This document shows positions 1 to 9,729 of a stretch of DNA of 64,000 bases, piece by piece. Position 1 is the stretch's first letter. Each line of letters begins with the position of its first letter. Position numbers and translations under genes: made by a program. The notes under the pieces are model-generated. The model saw only the letters and a program-made list of their open reading frames with translations. It searched no databases and had not been told where the DNA came from. Source of the stretch: Gemmatimonas sp. (lineage in GTDB: Bacteria > Gemmatimonadota > Gemmatimonadetes > Gemmatimonadales > Gemmatimonadaceae); NCBI GenBank assembly GCA_965279375.1, contig OZ257156.1, positions 4,192,001-4,256,000 on the forward strand, in the 5' to 3' direction.

Positions 1-645
1 CTCGCCACAGGCCTCGCGAAACGCACGTACCTCGTCGTACAGCGCGGACCAGTTACCCGTCAGCGCGTGCGACCGCGTGATCACGACGTCGATTTCGCTC
101 GCACCGGCCTGCACCGACGCATGAATCTCCGCGAGTCGCTGCTCGAACGGCGACAGCCCGGCGGGAAAACCGGTGGACACGGCAGCCACGGGAATGCCCG
201 AGCCTCGCAGCGCGTCCACGGCCGTGCCCACGTACTGGTGATAGACACACACGGCGCCGGTCGTCAGACCCAGATCGCGGATCCCGAGGGCGTCCACCAG
301 ATCAGCGCGCAGAGGGTGTCGCGCCTTGGCACACAGGCGACGCACGTTCCCTTCCGTGTCGTCCCCAGACAGCGTGGTCAGGTCCATGCAGGAGATTGCG
401 CGGAGCAGCCAGGCGGCTTGCCATTCCTTCTTTACAGTGCGACGCGCCGGCAACGAGGCCACCCGTCGCTCCACCGCACTTCGGTTGACGCGTGTCGAGC
501 GAACGAGCGCCAGATCTAGTGCCGTCCCGGGGTTACGCAGGGGCGGCACGTCAGGCGCCAGTGGCGCGTTGGGGACGGGCGCGGCGGCGCCCGCAGAGTC
601 GGCCAGGAGAGAGGGCCGAGCGGCGTGCAACGGAGTGACGGACAT
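1..645 (-). CDS. deoC: deoxyribose-phosphate aldolase (runs off the window edge, 3' end missing)
   Basis: Manual translation from ATG at 645: ...RRTVKKEWQAAWLLRAISCMDLTTLSGDDTEGNVRRLCAKA...GAVCVYH...VAAVSTGFPAG...EIDVVITR, typical of long-type DeoC. Not in the ORF track because it has no stop in the window. Confidence 0.93.
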   Translation of the reverse strand, partial: MSVTPLHAARPSLLADSAGAAAPVPNAPLAPDVPPLRNPGTALDLALVRSTRVNRSAVERRVASLPARRTVKKEWQAAWLLRAISCMDLTTLSGDDTEGNVRRLCAKARHPLRADLVDALGIRDLGLTTGAVCVYHQYVGTAVDALRGSGIPVAAVSTGFPAGLSPFEQRLAEIHASVQAGASEIDVVITRSHALTGNWSALYDEVRAFREACGE

Positions 646-824
646 GGGAGACAGAATCTAGGGCGCTCCCCCGGCCGGCGCACACCCAAAACCCGCCGGC
701 CCCATCCTCGCCCCGCACGCGCGGTCGCCCCGCCCATGCCACCTCCGCGTATGTGACACTCAACTCCGAGCGGGGAACGGCCGACACTGATCTATGCCAG
801 TTGATTTTTCCCCCGAGGACTGCC

Positions 825-1511
825 ATGCGCACCGCCCGACCGCGTTACCTGCTCGCGATTCTCTTCAGCACCGTCCCGGTGTTGATGGCCTTTCCCGGCT
901 GCTCCGCAACCGCCGTCCCGACGGCGGCCAAGCTGGTCATCGTCCAAGGGCACCTGCAGTCCGGCGCCGTCGGATCCACGTTGCCAACCGCCGTTGTGAT
1001 GCGCGTCATCGGCACGGACGGCGGCCCGGTCGACAAGATCCCGGTCAGTCTGAGCGTCATGGCCGGCGGTGGCACGGTCGATCCCGCCACGAGCCTCTCC
1101 GATGCCAACGGCGAAGTGAAGGCCAAGTGGACGCTGGGACCCAATTCGCAGGTCCAAACGCTCTCCGCAACGGCGCCCGGCGTCGAGCCGGTGCAGATCA
1201 GCGCGCTCGGCATTCTCCCGAGCGACCTCATCGTCGCACAGGGGAACAACCAGGCTGCCAAAGCCGGCGCTGCCCTGCCCGTGCAGCTCGTCATCCGCGT
1301 GACGGGCGGCAACAACGTGCCGATCCCGGGCGTGACGGTCGCAATGTCCATCACGGGTGGTGGCGGACAGATCTCCCCGCAGTCGTCGGTCACCAACGCC
1401 CTCGGTGAAGTCACGGTGCGCTGGACGCTCGGCCCGCAAGTCGGCGCGCAGTCCGCGACCGTCACCGCCGGCAGCCTTGGCCCGATCCCGATCGCCGCCA
1501 ACGCGATGTAA
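825..1511 (+). CDS. secreted protein or lipoprotein with two Big_1/invasin-type Ig-like domains
   Basis: Hydrophobic N-terminus ending in a lipobox-like FPGC. Two repeats of GxxQxxxxGxxLPxxxVxRV...GGGxxxP....TxAxGEVxxxWTLGP. GAGG lies upstream of ATG 825. Confidence 0.75.
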   Translation: MRTARPRYLLAILFSTVPVLMAFPGCSATAVPTAAKLVIVQGHLQSGAVGSTLPTAVVMRVIGTDGGPVDKIPVSLSVMAGGGTVDPATSLSDANGEVKAKWTLGPNSQVQTLSATAPGVEPVQISALGILPSDLIVAQGNNQAAKAGAALPVQLVIRVTGGNNVPIPGVTVAMSITGGGGQISPQSSVTNALGEVTVRWTLGPQVGAQSATVTAGSLGPIPIAANAM

Positions 1512-1736
1512 CTCGCTGGTCGCGCGGAGCGAGAGCGCACCGCGGGTACGCAGGGAAACTTCACCGCGTCAATCATGCGTTGACGCGGTATCAGACGCAC
1601 GGTGATCGTTCACCTGTGCGTCGGGTGGCGCGATGGACCATGGCTTGTCGCCAAGGTGCGTCGACTCCGCCAGCTTGCTGAAGTTTCCCCGCGGTGAACA
1701 GGAGACGTCGTGGCCTTTGGAGTGCCCGTCGAGTCG

Positions 1737-2645
1737 ATGCACGGAAAGACCATCGTCGTCACGGGCGCCAGCGATGGCATCGGCCGGGCTGCCGTACGTA
1801 GCTTCGCGCAGCGCCACGCCGACACCTCGATCGTTATGATCGGGCGCAACGAGGCCAAGACCGCCGCTGCCGCACGCAGCATCATGAGCGAGACCGGCCA
1901 TCGTCTCATCACGTGGGACATCGCCGATCTCTCGCGCCAGGACGCGGTGCGCGATCTCGCTCAGCGATTGCGCGACCGACTCCCCGTCATCGACGTGCTG
2001 GTGAACAACGCCGGGGCGATGTTCCTCGAGCGAGAGCGCACCGCGGAAGGACTGGAACACACGTTCGCGCTCAATCATCTGCAGTACTTCACGTTGACGT
2101 TGCTGCTTCTGCAGCCGCTCTCTGCTGCGCCGAAGACGAGCGCTCCGACCCGCGTGCTCAACGTCTCCAGTCGTGCGCACATGGATGCACGCTTCGCGCT
2201 CGACGATCTGCAGATGGACCGCGGCTATAGCGGTATTCGTGCCTACGCCAACTCCAAGCTGTGCAACGTGCTCTTCACGTGCGCACTCGCCCGCCGGCTC
2301 GATCCGACACGCGTCGTCACGCACGCGCTGCACCCCGGTGTCGTCTCAACGCGTTTCGCGACCAATAACGGCTCACGAGGTCGAGTGCTGCGGTGGATCA
2401 TGGACCTCGTCTCCATTTCTCCGGACGCAGGCGCCGATACCATTACTTGGCTGGCCACGTCCCCAGAGGCGTCGCGTTCGTCTGGCGACTACTGGGTCAA
2501 GCGTGCGCGCGTGACGCCCTCACCCGACGCGCGCGACGCATCGCTCTCCGAAGGGCTCTGGCACGCCAGCGCCACGCTCGCTCGGCTGGATGCCGACGCA
2601 CTCATCGCCGCATCGGGCGCCGCCGCGATGAGCGTACGCGCGTGA
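1737..2645 (+). CDS. short-chain dehydrogenase/reductase (retinol dehydrogenase-like)
   Basis: TGASDGIG Rossmann motif, VNNAG, NVSS, catalytic YANSK, HPGVV. Confidence 0.92.
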   Translation: MHGKTIVVTGASDGIGRAAVRSFAQRHADTSIVMIGRNEAKTAAAARSIMSETGHRLITWDIADLSRQDAVRDLAQRLRDRLPVIDVLVNNAGAMFLERERTAEGLEHTFALNHLQYFTLTLLLLQPLSAAPKTSAPTRVLNVSSRAHMDARFALDDLQMDRGYSGIRAYANSKLCNVLFTCALARRLDPTRVVTHALHPGVVSTRFATNNGSRGRVLRWIMDLVSISPDAGADTITWLATSPEASRSSGDYWVKRARVTPSPDARDASLSEGLWHASATLARLDADALIAASGAAAMSVRA

Positions 2646-4087
2646 GTTTCCGCGACCTGCCGCGCGTAACGCGCGTGGTGGCTGGCGTGCTGCCGCTCGC
2701 GATTTCCTTTCGACGCGATTTCCGTCGATGGATTCGCTGGGGTGCGCCCGCTGTACGCTCCGAAGCGTTCCACGCTCGACGCGCGCAGCAGCTGGTGGAC
2801 AGCATTGCCGCGCTCGGGCCGGCGTTCGTCAAGCTTGCGCAGATCTTCGCCACCCGCGCGGACCTTGTCCGTGAACCGTACCTCAGCGCGCTCGGCACAC
2901 TCACCGATCAGGTGCCACCAGTGGATTGGCCGACGATTCGGCGCGTGATAGCCGAAGCGTGGGGCGCTGATCCGGACACCATACTCGACGAACTCAACCC
3001 CATTCCGCTGGCGGCAGGCTCGCTCGGGCAGGTGCATCGCGCGCGGTATCACGGTCGCGACGTCGTGGTGAAGGTCCTGCGGCCGGGAGTTGAAGCGATC
3101 GTGCGACGTGACATTCGCATCGCGCAGCAGATCGTGGGTTGGGTATACGCGCGCTATCCGCATCACCACGTGAACGGCTTCCGTGTGGTGCTCGACGAGT
3201 TCTCGCGCCATGTCGGCGAGGAGATGGATTTCGTGCGCGAAGGGGCGCAGTGCACTCGCATGCGCGAGCGCTTCGCCGACGAGTCGCGTCTGCGCATTCC
3301 CCGCGTGGAGTCGGAGTTGACGCGACGCGACGTGCTCGTGCTCGAGTTCATGGAAGGGACGCGCATCGACGCACTCGATGATCGCGTAGCACGCGGCGAG
3401 ATCGTCCCGACGCAACTCGTGGAAACCCTGATCGAAAGCTACGCGCGCATGATGCTGCGCGACGGTGTCTTCCACGCGGATCCCCACCCGGGCAACCTGT
3501 TGGTGGACAGCGCAGGTCGCATCATCCTGCTCGACTTCGGCATGGTCATCGCGGTCGACGTCGCCGTGCGCAAGGCGCTCTTCGAAACGATCATCGCGGC
3601 CATACGCAAAGACGCCAAGGGTACTGCGGACGGATTCTTCGCGTTGGGCATGGTCGCTCCCGGCACGTCGCGCGAGACGATGGAGCAACTGGTGGATACG
3701 CTTCTCGAGATCGCCTATGCCAACACGGATATGCAGGAACGGGCGCGCGTGCTGGCCGACAAGATTTTGCGAGAGCTGTTCAACTGGCCAATCGTACTTC
3801 CCGGCGAGTTGGTCTACTTCGCACGCACCGCGGCGCTCATCGAAGGCGTGGGTGGCCGCTACGATCGGAGCTTCAACAGCATCCGCGTGGCGAGCCCGGT
3901 GGTGTTGCGCCTGCGTCGCGAGTTGCTCGCCGTGCTGCTCGGTGAGGACGGAAAGGTGGACACGCTCACGGGCTGGGCCGCCACCGTGGGAGCCGTCGCT
4001 GGCGGAGCGATGGCGTTGATCAGCAAGACAACGCGTCGGCTCAATCGTGCGGCCGCTGAACAGGTGCAGGCCTGGCTGGACGGCTGA
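2642..4087 (+). CDS. ABC1/UbiB/AarF family atypical kinase
   Basis: LGPAFVKLAQ, PLAAGSLGQVHRA, VVVKV, FHADPHPGN, LLDFGM. GTG start overlaps the SDR stop codon (GTGA). Confidence 0.92.
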   Translation: MSFRDLPRVTRVVAGVLPLAISFRRDFRRWIRWGAPAVRSEAFHARRAQQLVDSIAALGPAFVKLAQIFATRADLVREPYLSALGTLTDQVPPVDWPTIRRVIAEAWGADPDTILDELNPIPLAAGSLGQVHRARYHGRDVVVKVLRPGVEAIVRRDIRIAQQIVGWVYARYPHHHVNGFRVVLDEFSRHVGEEMDFVREGAQCTRMRERFADESRLRIPRVESELTRRDVLVLEFMEGTRIDALDDRVARGEIVPTQLVETLIESYARMMLRDGVFHADPHPGNLLVDSAGRIILLDFGMVIAVDVAVRKALFETIIAAIRKDAKGTADGFFALGMVAPGTSRETMEQLVDTLLEIAYANTDMQERARVLADKILRELFNWPIVLPGELVYFARTAALIEGVGGRYDRSFNSIRVASPVVLRLRRELLAVLLGEDGKVDTLTGWAATVGAVAGGAMALISKTTRRLNRAAAEQVQAWLDG

Positions 4088-4134
4088 TCACCGGGAGGTC
4101 TACAGCGCGTCGTCGTTGGCAACGCGGTGGAAAA

Positions 4135-4170
4135 GAAAAACGGGGCGATCGTGATGATCGCCCCGTTTTC
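4135..4170. terminator. bidirectional intrinsic terminator
   Basis: AAAACGGGGCGATC-gtgat-GATCGCCCCGTTTT between convergent genes. Confidence 0.85.
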
Positions 4171-4190
4171 TAAGCTATCCCAAGCCTTGC

Positions 4191-4934
4191 TTACGCGGCC
4201 GGGTTGCCCTGCTTGCGGCGGCGGGCGGCGTACATCACGGCGAGCATGCCCGTGCCGAGGAGCGCGTAGGTGGACGGCTCCGGCACCGTCTGCGTGGTGA
4301 TGATGCTGCGCGGCGTCGAGGTCAGGTACTCCTGGTTCGACGCTTCGTTGCCCGTGACCTTGTCCGAGAGCACGTACCAGTCACGCGTCAGTGTGAAGGT
4401 GCGCGGCACGGCGAGCGAGAAGAAGTCGCCGTTCCCGTTGTACGAGCCGCCGAACATGTTCCAGATGGTGCCCTGAATGTTCTCGGCGTTGTAGTAGCCG
4501 CTGCCGCTCACCGGCGCGCTCGCATCGTACTGCTCGATCAGCCATGCGGCCTTCATGTAGTCGGCCTGATTGCCGCGACGCGTCTTGTTGAAGACGCCAT
4601 TGCCGACGATGCCTTCGACGTTCGTGCTGAACGCGGTCGAGTAGTATGAGTCGACGGCCGTGTTCGCGACATGCGACCAGTCGACACACCAGATGATGGC
4701 GTTGGTGATCGTGCTCGTGCCGAGGACGTCCATCTGGGCGTTGAAGCCCGTCAGGTTGGCCTTGTACGGGCCGACAGCGTAGCCGCCGACGGTGCCATTG
4801 TTGGACCAGTCGCCGGCGAACTGCACGTTGCCAAGAACCGGAGCCTGCGCGCTCGCCGTGACGGGCACCGCGACGGACGCGATCGAGGCGGCGAGGGCGA
4901 CGGCAAACGAAAAAGCGGAGCGGGAAGAGCGCAT
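4191..4934 (-). CDS. PEP-CTERM sorting domain protein
   Basis: Signal peptide (ASA-Q) and C-terminal VPEPSTYALLGTGMLAVMYAARRRK. Confidence 0.92.
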   Translation of the reverse strand: MRSSRSAFSFAVALAASIASVAVPVTASAQAPVLGNVQFAGDWSNNGTVGGYAVGPYKANLTGFNAQMDVLGTSTITNAIIWCVDWSHVANTAVDSYYSTAFSTNVEGIVGNGVFNKTRRGNQADYMKAAWLIEQYDASAPVSGSGYYNAENIQGTIWNMFGGSYNGNGDFFSLAVPRTFTLTRDWYVLSDKVTGNEASNQEYLTSTPRSIITTQTVPEPSTYALLGTGMLAVMYAARRRKQGNPAA

Positions 4935-4988
4935 TGAGTAGAATCCGGAGAAGTGTGCGAACCGTGTGGCTTACGGCACAGCTTGGTC

Positions 4989-5003
4989 GCAAGTCGGGTG
5001 CCA
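4989..5003 (-). promoter_or_regulatory. sigma54 (-24/-12) promoter of the PEP-CTERM gene
   Basis: Minus strand TGGCACccgacTTGC, exact GG-N10-GC spacing, ~55 bp upstream of the start codon. Confidence 0.75.
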
Positions 5004-5195
5004 TAGCTGAGTCTGCACCGTTATCTCGACGTAATCGACTGCCACACAACGCCTTACGCACATTCACCGTTACACGGCAGGAACCAGACTCATCCATTGG
5101 AATTTGCCCGACTGTCGCGATGTCGCACGGCGGCCACAACCGTGCGCGACAGACCATATCGCGTGCCAGAATCGCTCCCCACGACCCCGGAGGCG

Positions 5196-8100
5196 CTAGA
5201 AGATCCACTCCCGAAACAGGTCAAAGCCGAACTGTCGTGTGGGCAGAGGGTCACCGCCGAGTCGCGTGCACGGCGCAGAGCCCGGGTCCATACCCGCCTG
5301 GACGGACAGGCCGCGCGCGATGCGGTACTCCACGGCGATTCCGTACCACAGGGAGGCGCTGGTGCCGGTGGAGCGGCAGACGCCGGTGTTTACGCGCAGA
5401 AAGGCGTTCGTGCCCAGCTGCTTACCCGCCGTGATGCTCAGGTTGTCGAGCAGCGAGAGCGCCGACAGGTCGTCCTTGTTTTGGCCGCCGGCGGTGTTCA
5501 CCTGCAGCGTGTTGAAGCCGCCGGGCAGAATGCGCTGCAGGACGCCCTCGAACGTGCCGCCGATGGAAGGCAGCAGCACGCCGGTGACGGCCTTGACGGT
5601 GTTCTGGCTCTGACCGTCCAAAGCGAACGTCGGGGCTCCGAAGATCAGCAGCGAAATGATTTCCGACTCAGGGGCGCTGGCGAAGAGCGGATCGCTGCTG
5701 GAGAGCGTCACCACCGGTCGCTCGATCGTGCCACCGATATGCACTCGCACCGGGATCTCGCCGCCGGTGGAGAGTCGCACCACGTTGGTAGCGCTGATAT
5801 CGAGCGTCGGAGCGATTGCGTCGGTACCGAAGAAGCGCACGCTCCCCGAGTCCACCGCGAAGCTCCGGTTCACGACGCCGAGGTCAAGGCGATACTGCCC
5901 GCGGTTCGCCGTGATCTCACCTTCCAGCGCGAGCTTCTCGCCCGTGGTGGTGATGGCCAATCCGCCGGCGATCTTCACCTTGGCTTCGGGCGTCTGCACC
6001 CACACTTCTTCGCCCATGTCGATGCGCGCGTTCGACACCGAGATGAAGCGCCCCAACCGCGAGAGTGACTGCGCGGCACTCGCCGCCACCGGTACCTCGT
6101 CGAGACCGAGCAGTTCTCGCGCCGCATCTGTATTGAGGTCGAGCGCGGTGCTCGCCCCAAGTGGGTCAAACACGATGTTCGCGTTCGGCACGAACAAACG
6201 TCCGCTCACGTCCGGTCGCTTGAGCGGTCCGCGCACATCGACGTTGCCACTCAGATCGAGCACCGTGCCGTCGCTCTGACGCGCGAGCGCGACGTTGTTG
6301 GCCGCGATCGCGAGTTGCACCGTGGCCGGCTCGTTCACCGCGAAGCGCATGCCGCCGCGTGCGCCAAGCGTGTCGCCGGCCGCACCACTGCGCAGTCGAA
6401 GCGTTTCGAGAATCAACGAGTCCTGCGCCGCGCGCAGCACCATGCGGCCCTCGGAGGGCGCGATTCCCAGCTGCGCCACACGCGCGGAAAACTGATCGAG
6501 CGTCATTGTCCCAGTCGCAACGGGACGATCCATCGTGCCGCCAATGGCGAGCCGACCGGAGACGACGCCGCGCGCGTCACTGACGCCATCCACCACGAGA
6601 CCAAGCGCCTGCAGTCGCAACGAGTCCGACACCAACTCGGCGTCCACCGCGTCGGAGAGCGTGCGCTTCTCCATGCTGCGCAGCGCGAGATCGATCGGGA
6701 CTCGCGCCTCCGCGTTGACTGACCCGCCGAGCGTATCGCGAATCGTCGCGCGCGCGACCAGTCGCTTGTCGGCGTAGTTGCCATCGCTGTCGATGCGCGG
6801 CAGGTACGTACCGTTGAGTCCCAACGAATCGGCGCGAATCGTCCACGACAGCAGCGGCAGGTCGCGCGTACCGCCCAGTGTCGCCGCCCCCGAGATGGTG
6901 CCATCGAACGGCTGGCTCCCGGTAGCAAAGGTCGCGGCTTCGCCGATCGGGAATCGATCGAGTCGCAGCAGTGCACTCACGGGGCCGCTCAGAGGCACGT
7001 CCGCCGTCAGCCCCAGCATCCCCTGCGACGTCGAGCGGACCTCAAGCGAATCGACGCGCGTCCCTCGCGCATCCGAGCGCACGTGAATGGGTGCGAGATT
7101 CCGCCAGGTCACGCTGTCGTAGCTGAAGCGCAGCGAGTCGAGCGCCACGTCGACGGTGCCCGAGTCGCGCGTGAAGCCGCCGCGAATTCGAAGATGTGCA
7201 TCGTCTCGCGAGCTGACGTCCACCATCAATCGCCCGGCCGCCGGATTGGCATCCGACACCTTGAACTCGGCCGACGCGATCCGCACGGCTCCAATGCCAT
7301 CCACGCCGTCGGCCGTGGCCGCCCCCTCGAAGCGCGGCGCCGTGAGCACGTTCTCGGCGCGCATCGAACCGAAGATTCGTTCGAGCCGCAGGCTACCCAC
7401 CTGCATCTCTCGGGCACCAAGTGCGAGTGTCGCCGAAATATCCTGCAGCGAGCCCACAAGGAATCCGGCGACGGACGCTTCGCCGGTGAGTGTGTCGGCG
7501 GCATACGCGCGCATTGAGCTGGCCGACGCCGAATCTGCCGGCTCCACCATCGCCGCAAGTCGAGTGAGCTGCGCACGCACCTGCGCGAGCGTATCGGCCC
7601 GCGCTGCGACCTGCAGCGTATCGCTGTTGGTCGAGTCGCGGGCCAGTGCGCCATGCGCGTCCACGGTCACGCCGCCGATGCGCATCGTCGCGGAGTCCAC
7701 CGTCAGCCGGCGCGTGTCGAGTCGCGCGCTGCCAAGGAAATCGAACGCAGGGCGATTGTCGGTCTGCGTTTGCGCGAGGTCCATCGTGCCGATGCCCCGC
7801 TCGAGGGCGAGCGCTCCATCCTTCGAACGCGTTCCCGCCGCGTCGACTTGCACGCGTCCGCTGATGGATGTCGCTGGCGTGCTCGCCGTGCCCACCCAGG
7901 TCCGCGCGTTGAGTGCGTCCACGGTGCCGGCCACCGTCGCGCGCCACGTCGCATCGATGAGCGACGCCGTGCCCCGCAGATCGAGCGTGCCATCGCCCAC
8001 GGCGCCGAACTTTGCGTCCCACGCGAGCTGTTCGAGTGTGCCGGTCGTGTGCACGGTGCCCGCGAGATCGGCGCGCAGCGTCATCGCTGAGTCGTTCGTC

Positions 8101-9716
8101 GGGCTCAGTCGCGCGAGCGCGCGCATCGAAATGGGATCGAACTGCAGCGACGTCTCCAGCGCCGCGCGACGCGGACCAAAGCCGACGCGCGCATCGCCGC
8201 TGACACGTGAGCGATTGCCGGCGCCATCCGTCCAGACGAGCGCCATGTTGTTGATTGTCGCCGCATCGATGCTGCCGGCCGCGACGCGCATGCTGCCCGT
8301 GAGCAGGCCATCGAGCGTGGTCGGCGCACTGGGCGCAAGCGCGCGCGCCGAGCGCAAATCGACCGAGAGATCGCGCACGTTCAGATTGCGCGCCGACGCC
8401 GGTGTGCCGAACGACACCGTGCCATCGAGCGCGATCGACGAGATGGCACCGGGAATGCGCGCGTCTCGGAAGCGACCGTTGAACGCATCGATGCGAAACG
8501 CGGTAAGAGGGCCCCCCGCCTTGGCGACCAGCCTGCCGTCAAATGCTCCGCGCACTGAATCGGGAATCGAGCCATATGACAGGCGGCGCAGCAGGTCGTC
8601 CTGCATCGGCGTGAAGGCCAGGTCCACCGAGTGCAGCAGCAGTTCGGCGGGGCGCGCGACAACCGAGATGCTGCCAGTGACGTGCGAGTCCATGCTCTGC
8701 ACGTCGAGCGCGGCGAGTGCGTACTCTGTGTCGTACGGATCGGCGAGTGTCCGCATGCGCACGTCAGCCGAACCCGCGCCCGTGGTGGGCAGCACATCCC
8801 AGATCCAACCGAGATCCGAGAGTCCGGCCTTCGCCTTCACCAACACGTCGTAGCGCAACGGTCCCGGGTTGTTCCACGAGAGCACGCCGCGCGCGCTCCC
8901 CGTGGACGCGGGCAGTGCAATGCGCGGCAAATCGAGTCGCAGCGAATCCGGCGTCCAGCGGATTTCACCAGCCGCGGCGACGATGTTCACCGGCGGGTCG
9001 GAGATGGTGCCGCGCAGCGAGTCGATCTGCATCGACGATTCCGCATGCGACGGCTGCGTGATGATGCCGTCGTGCGCGTACACGCGTTCGAGCGTGATGC
9101 GGCGGCGTTCGAGCAGACCGTACGGCGTGCGCACGATGTCGTGCAGGCTATCGCGGACGGCGATAACGCTATCGCGCGCGGCGCCCTTGAAGATCGGGTG
9201 CGGCGCCCACGGCGCGGCGGTGCTGATGGCGACGTTTCGCAGCGTCAGCGCGTCGATGCGAATTTTGCTGCCGTACCCCGGTGGGCCGCCGGTGCTCGTC
9301 GTCGTATCGCCGGAGATGATGTAGGCGATGTTCCACGGGCCTGAGAAATCCTGCTTGAGGTCGAGCCGCACACCGCGCAGCGAGAGCGCACCGATGTGAA
9401 TCGCCTTGTCGAAGAGGATGCCACTCAGGCTGATCGTGCCGTCGACGCTGTCCGCGTGCACGACTGGGACGCCTGCCGTATCGAGCAGCGCCACGTTCGT
9501 CGCGGAAATGCTCGTGAAGCTGATGGAGCGCAATGCCCCGATCTTGAGCGACGCACGTCCGCCGAAGACGTTCTTTGCCTGACTCTCCACCACGCCCACC
9601 AACCAAAGCCGGCCTGCCTCGCTGTTGGTGCCGATCACGTACGCGAGCGCGACGCCGCCGACGAGCGTCGCGAGGATCCCCGCGCTCCACCAGAACCTGC
9701 GTTGCCGTGCCGTCAT
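5196..9716 (-). CDS. tamB: translocation and assembly module TamB/AsmA-like protein
   Basis: ~1500 aa, N-terminal TM anchor, beta-rich repeats, C-terminal TamB-like region (PTLDISA...VHIGGTIERPVVTLSS...ESEIISLLIFG). Directly downstream of a TamA-like gene. Confidence 0.8.
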   Translation of the reverse strand: MTARQRRFWWSAGILATLVGGVALAYVIGTNSEAGRLWLVGVVESQAKNVFGGRASLKIGALRSISFTSISATNVALLDTAGVPVVHADSVDGTISLSGILFDKAIHIGALSLRGVRLDLKQDFSGPWNIAYIISGDTTTSTGGPPGYGSKIRIDALTLRNVAISTAAPWAPHPIFKGAARDSVIAVRDSLHDIVRTPYGLLERRRITLERVYAHDGIITQPSHAESSMQIDSLRGTISDPPVNIVAAAGEIRWTPDSLRLDLPRIALPASTGSARGVLSWNNPGPLRYDVLVKAKAGLSDLGWIWDVLPTTGAGSADVRMRTLADPYDTEYALAALDVQSMDSHVTGSISVVARPAELLLHSVDLAFTPMQDDLLRRLSYGSIPDSVRGAFDGRLVAKAGGPLTAFRIDAFNGRFRDARIPGAISSIALDGTVSFGTPASARNLNVRDLSVDLRSARALAPSAPTTLDGLLTGSMRVAAGSIDAATINNMALVWTDGAGNRSRVSGDARVGFGPRRAALETSLQFDPISMRALARLSPTNDSAMTLRADLAGTVHTTGTLEQLAWDAKFGAVGDGTLDLRGTASLIDATWRATVAGTVDALNARTWVGTASTPATSISGRVQVDAAGTRSKDGALALERGIGTMDLAQTQTDNRPAFDFLGSARLDTRRLTVDSATMRIGGVTVDAHGALARDSTNSDTLQVAARADTLAQVRAQLTRLAAMVEPADSASASSMRAYAADTLTGEASVAGFLVGSLQDISATLALGAREMQVGSLRLERIFGSMRAENVLTAPRFEGAATADGVDGIGAVRIASAEFKVSDANPAAGRLMVDVSSRDDAHLRIRGGFTRDSGTVDVALDSLRFSYDSVTWRNLAPIHVRSDARGTRVDSLEVRSTSQGMLGLTADVPLSGPVSALLRLDRFPIGEAATFATGSQPFDGTISGAATLGGTRDLPLLSWTIRADSLGLNGTYLPRIDSDGNYADKRLVARATIRDTLGGSVNAEARVPIDLALRSMEKRTLSDAVDAELVSDSLRLQALGLVVDGVSDARGVVSGRLAIGGTMDRPVATGTMTLDQFSARVAQLGIAPSEGRMVLRAAQDSLILETLRLRSGAAGDTLGARGGMRFAVNEPATVQLAIAANNVALARQSDGTVLDLSGNVDVRGPLKRPDVSGRLFVPNANIVFDPLGASTALDLNTDAARELLGLDEVPVAASAAQSLSRLGRFISVSNARIDMGEEVWVQTPEAKVKIAGGLAITTTGEKLALEGEITANRGQYRLDLGVVNRSFAVDSGSVRFFGTDAIAPTLDISATNVVRLSTGGEIPVRVHIGGTIERPVVTLSSSDPLFASAPESEIISLLIFGAPTFALDGQSQNTVKAVTGVLLPSIGGTFEGVLQRILPGGFNTLQVNTAGGQNKDDLSALSLLDNLSITAGKQLGTNAFLRVNTGVCRSTGTSASLWYGIAVEYRIARGLSVQAGMDPGSAPCTRLGGDPLPTRQFGFDLFREWIF

Positions 9717-9729
9717 CGTGCGCACGTCA

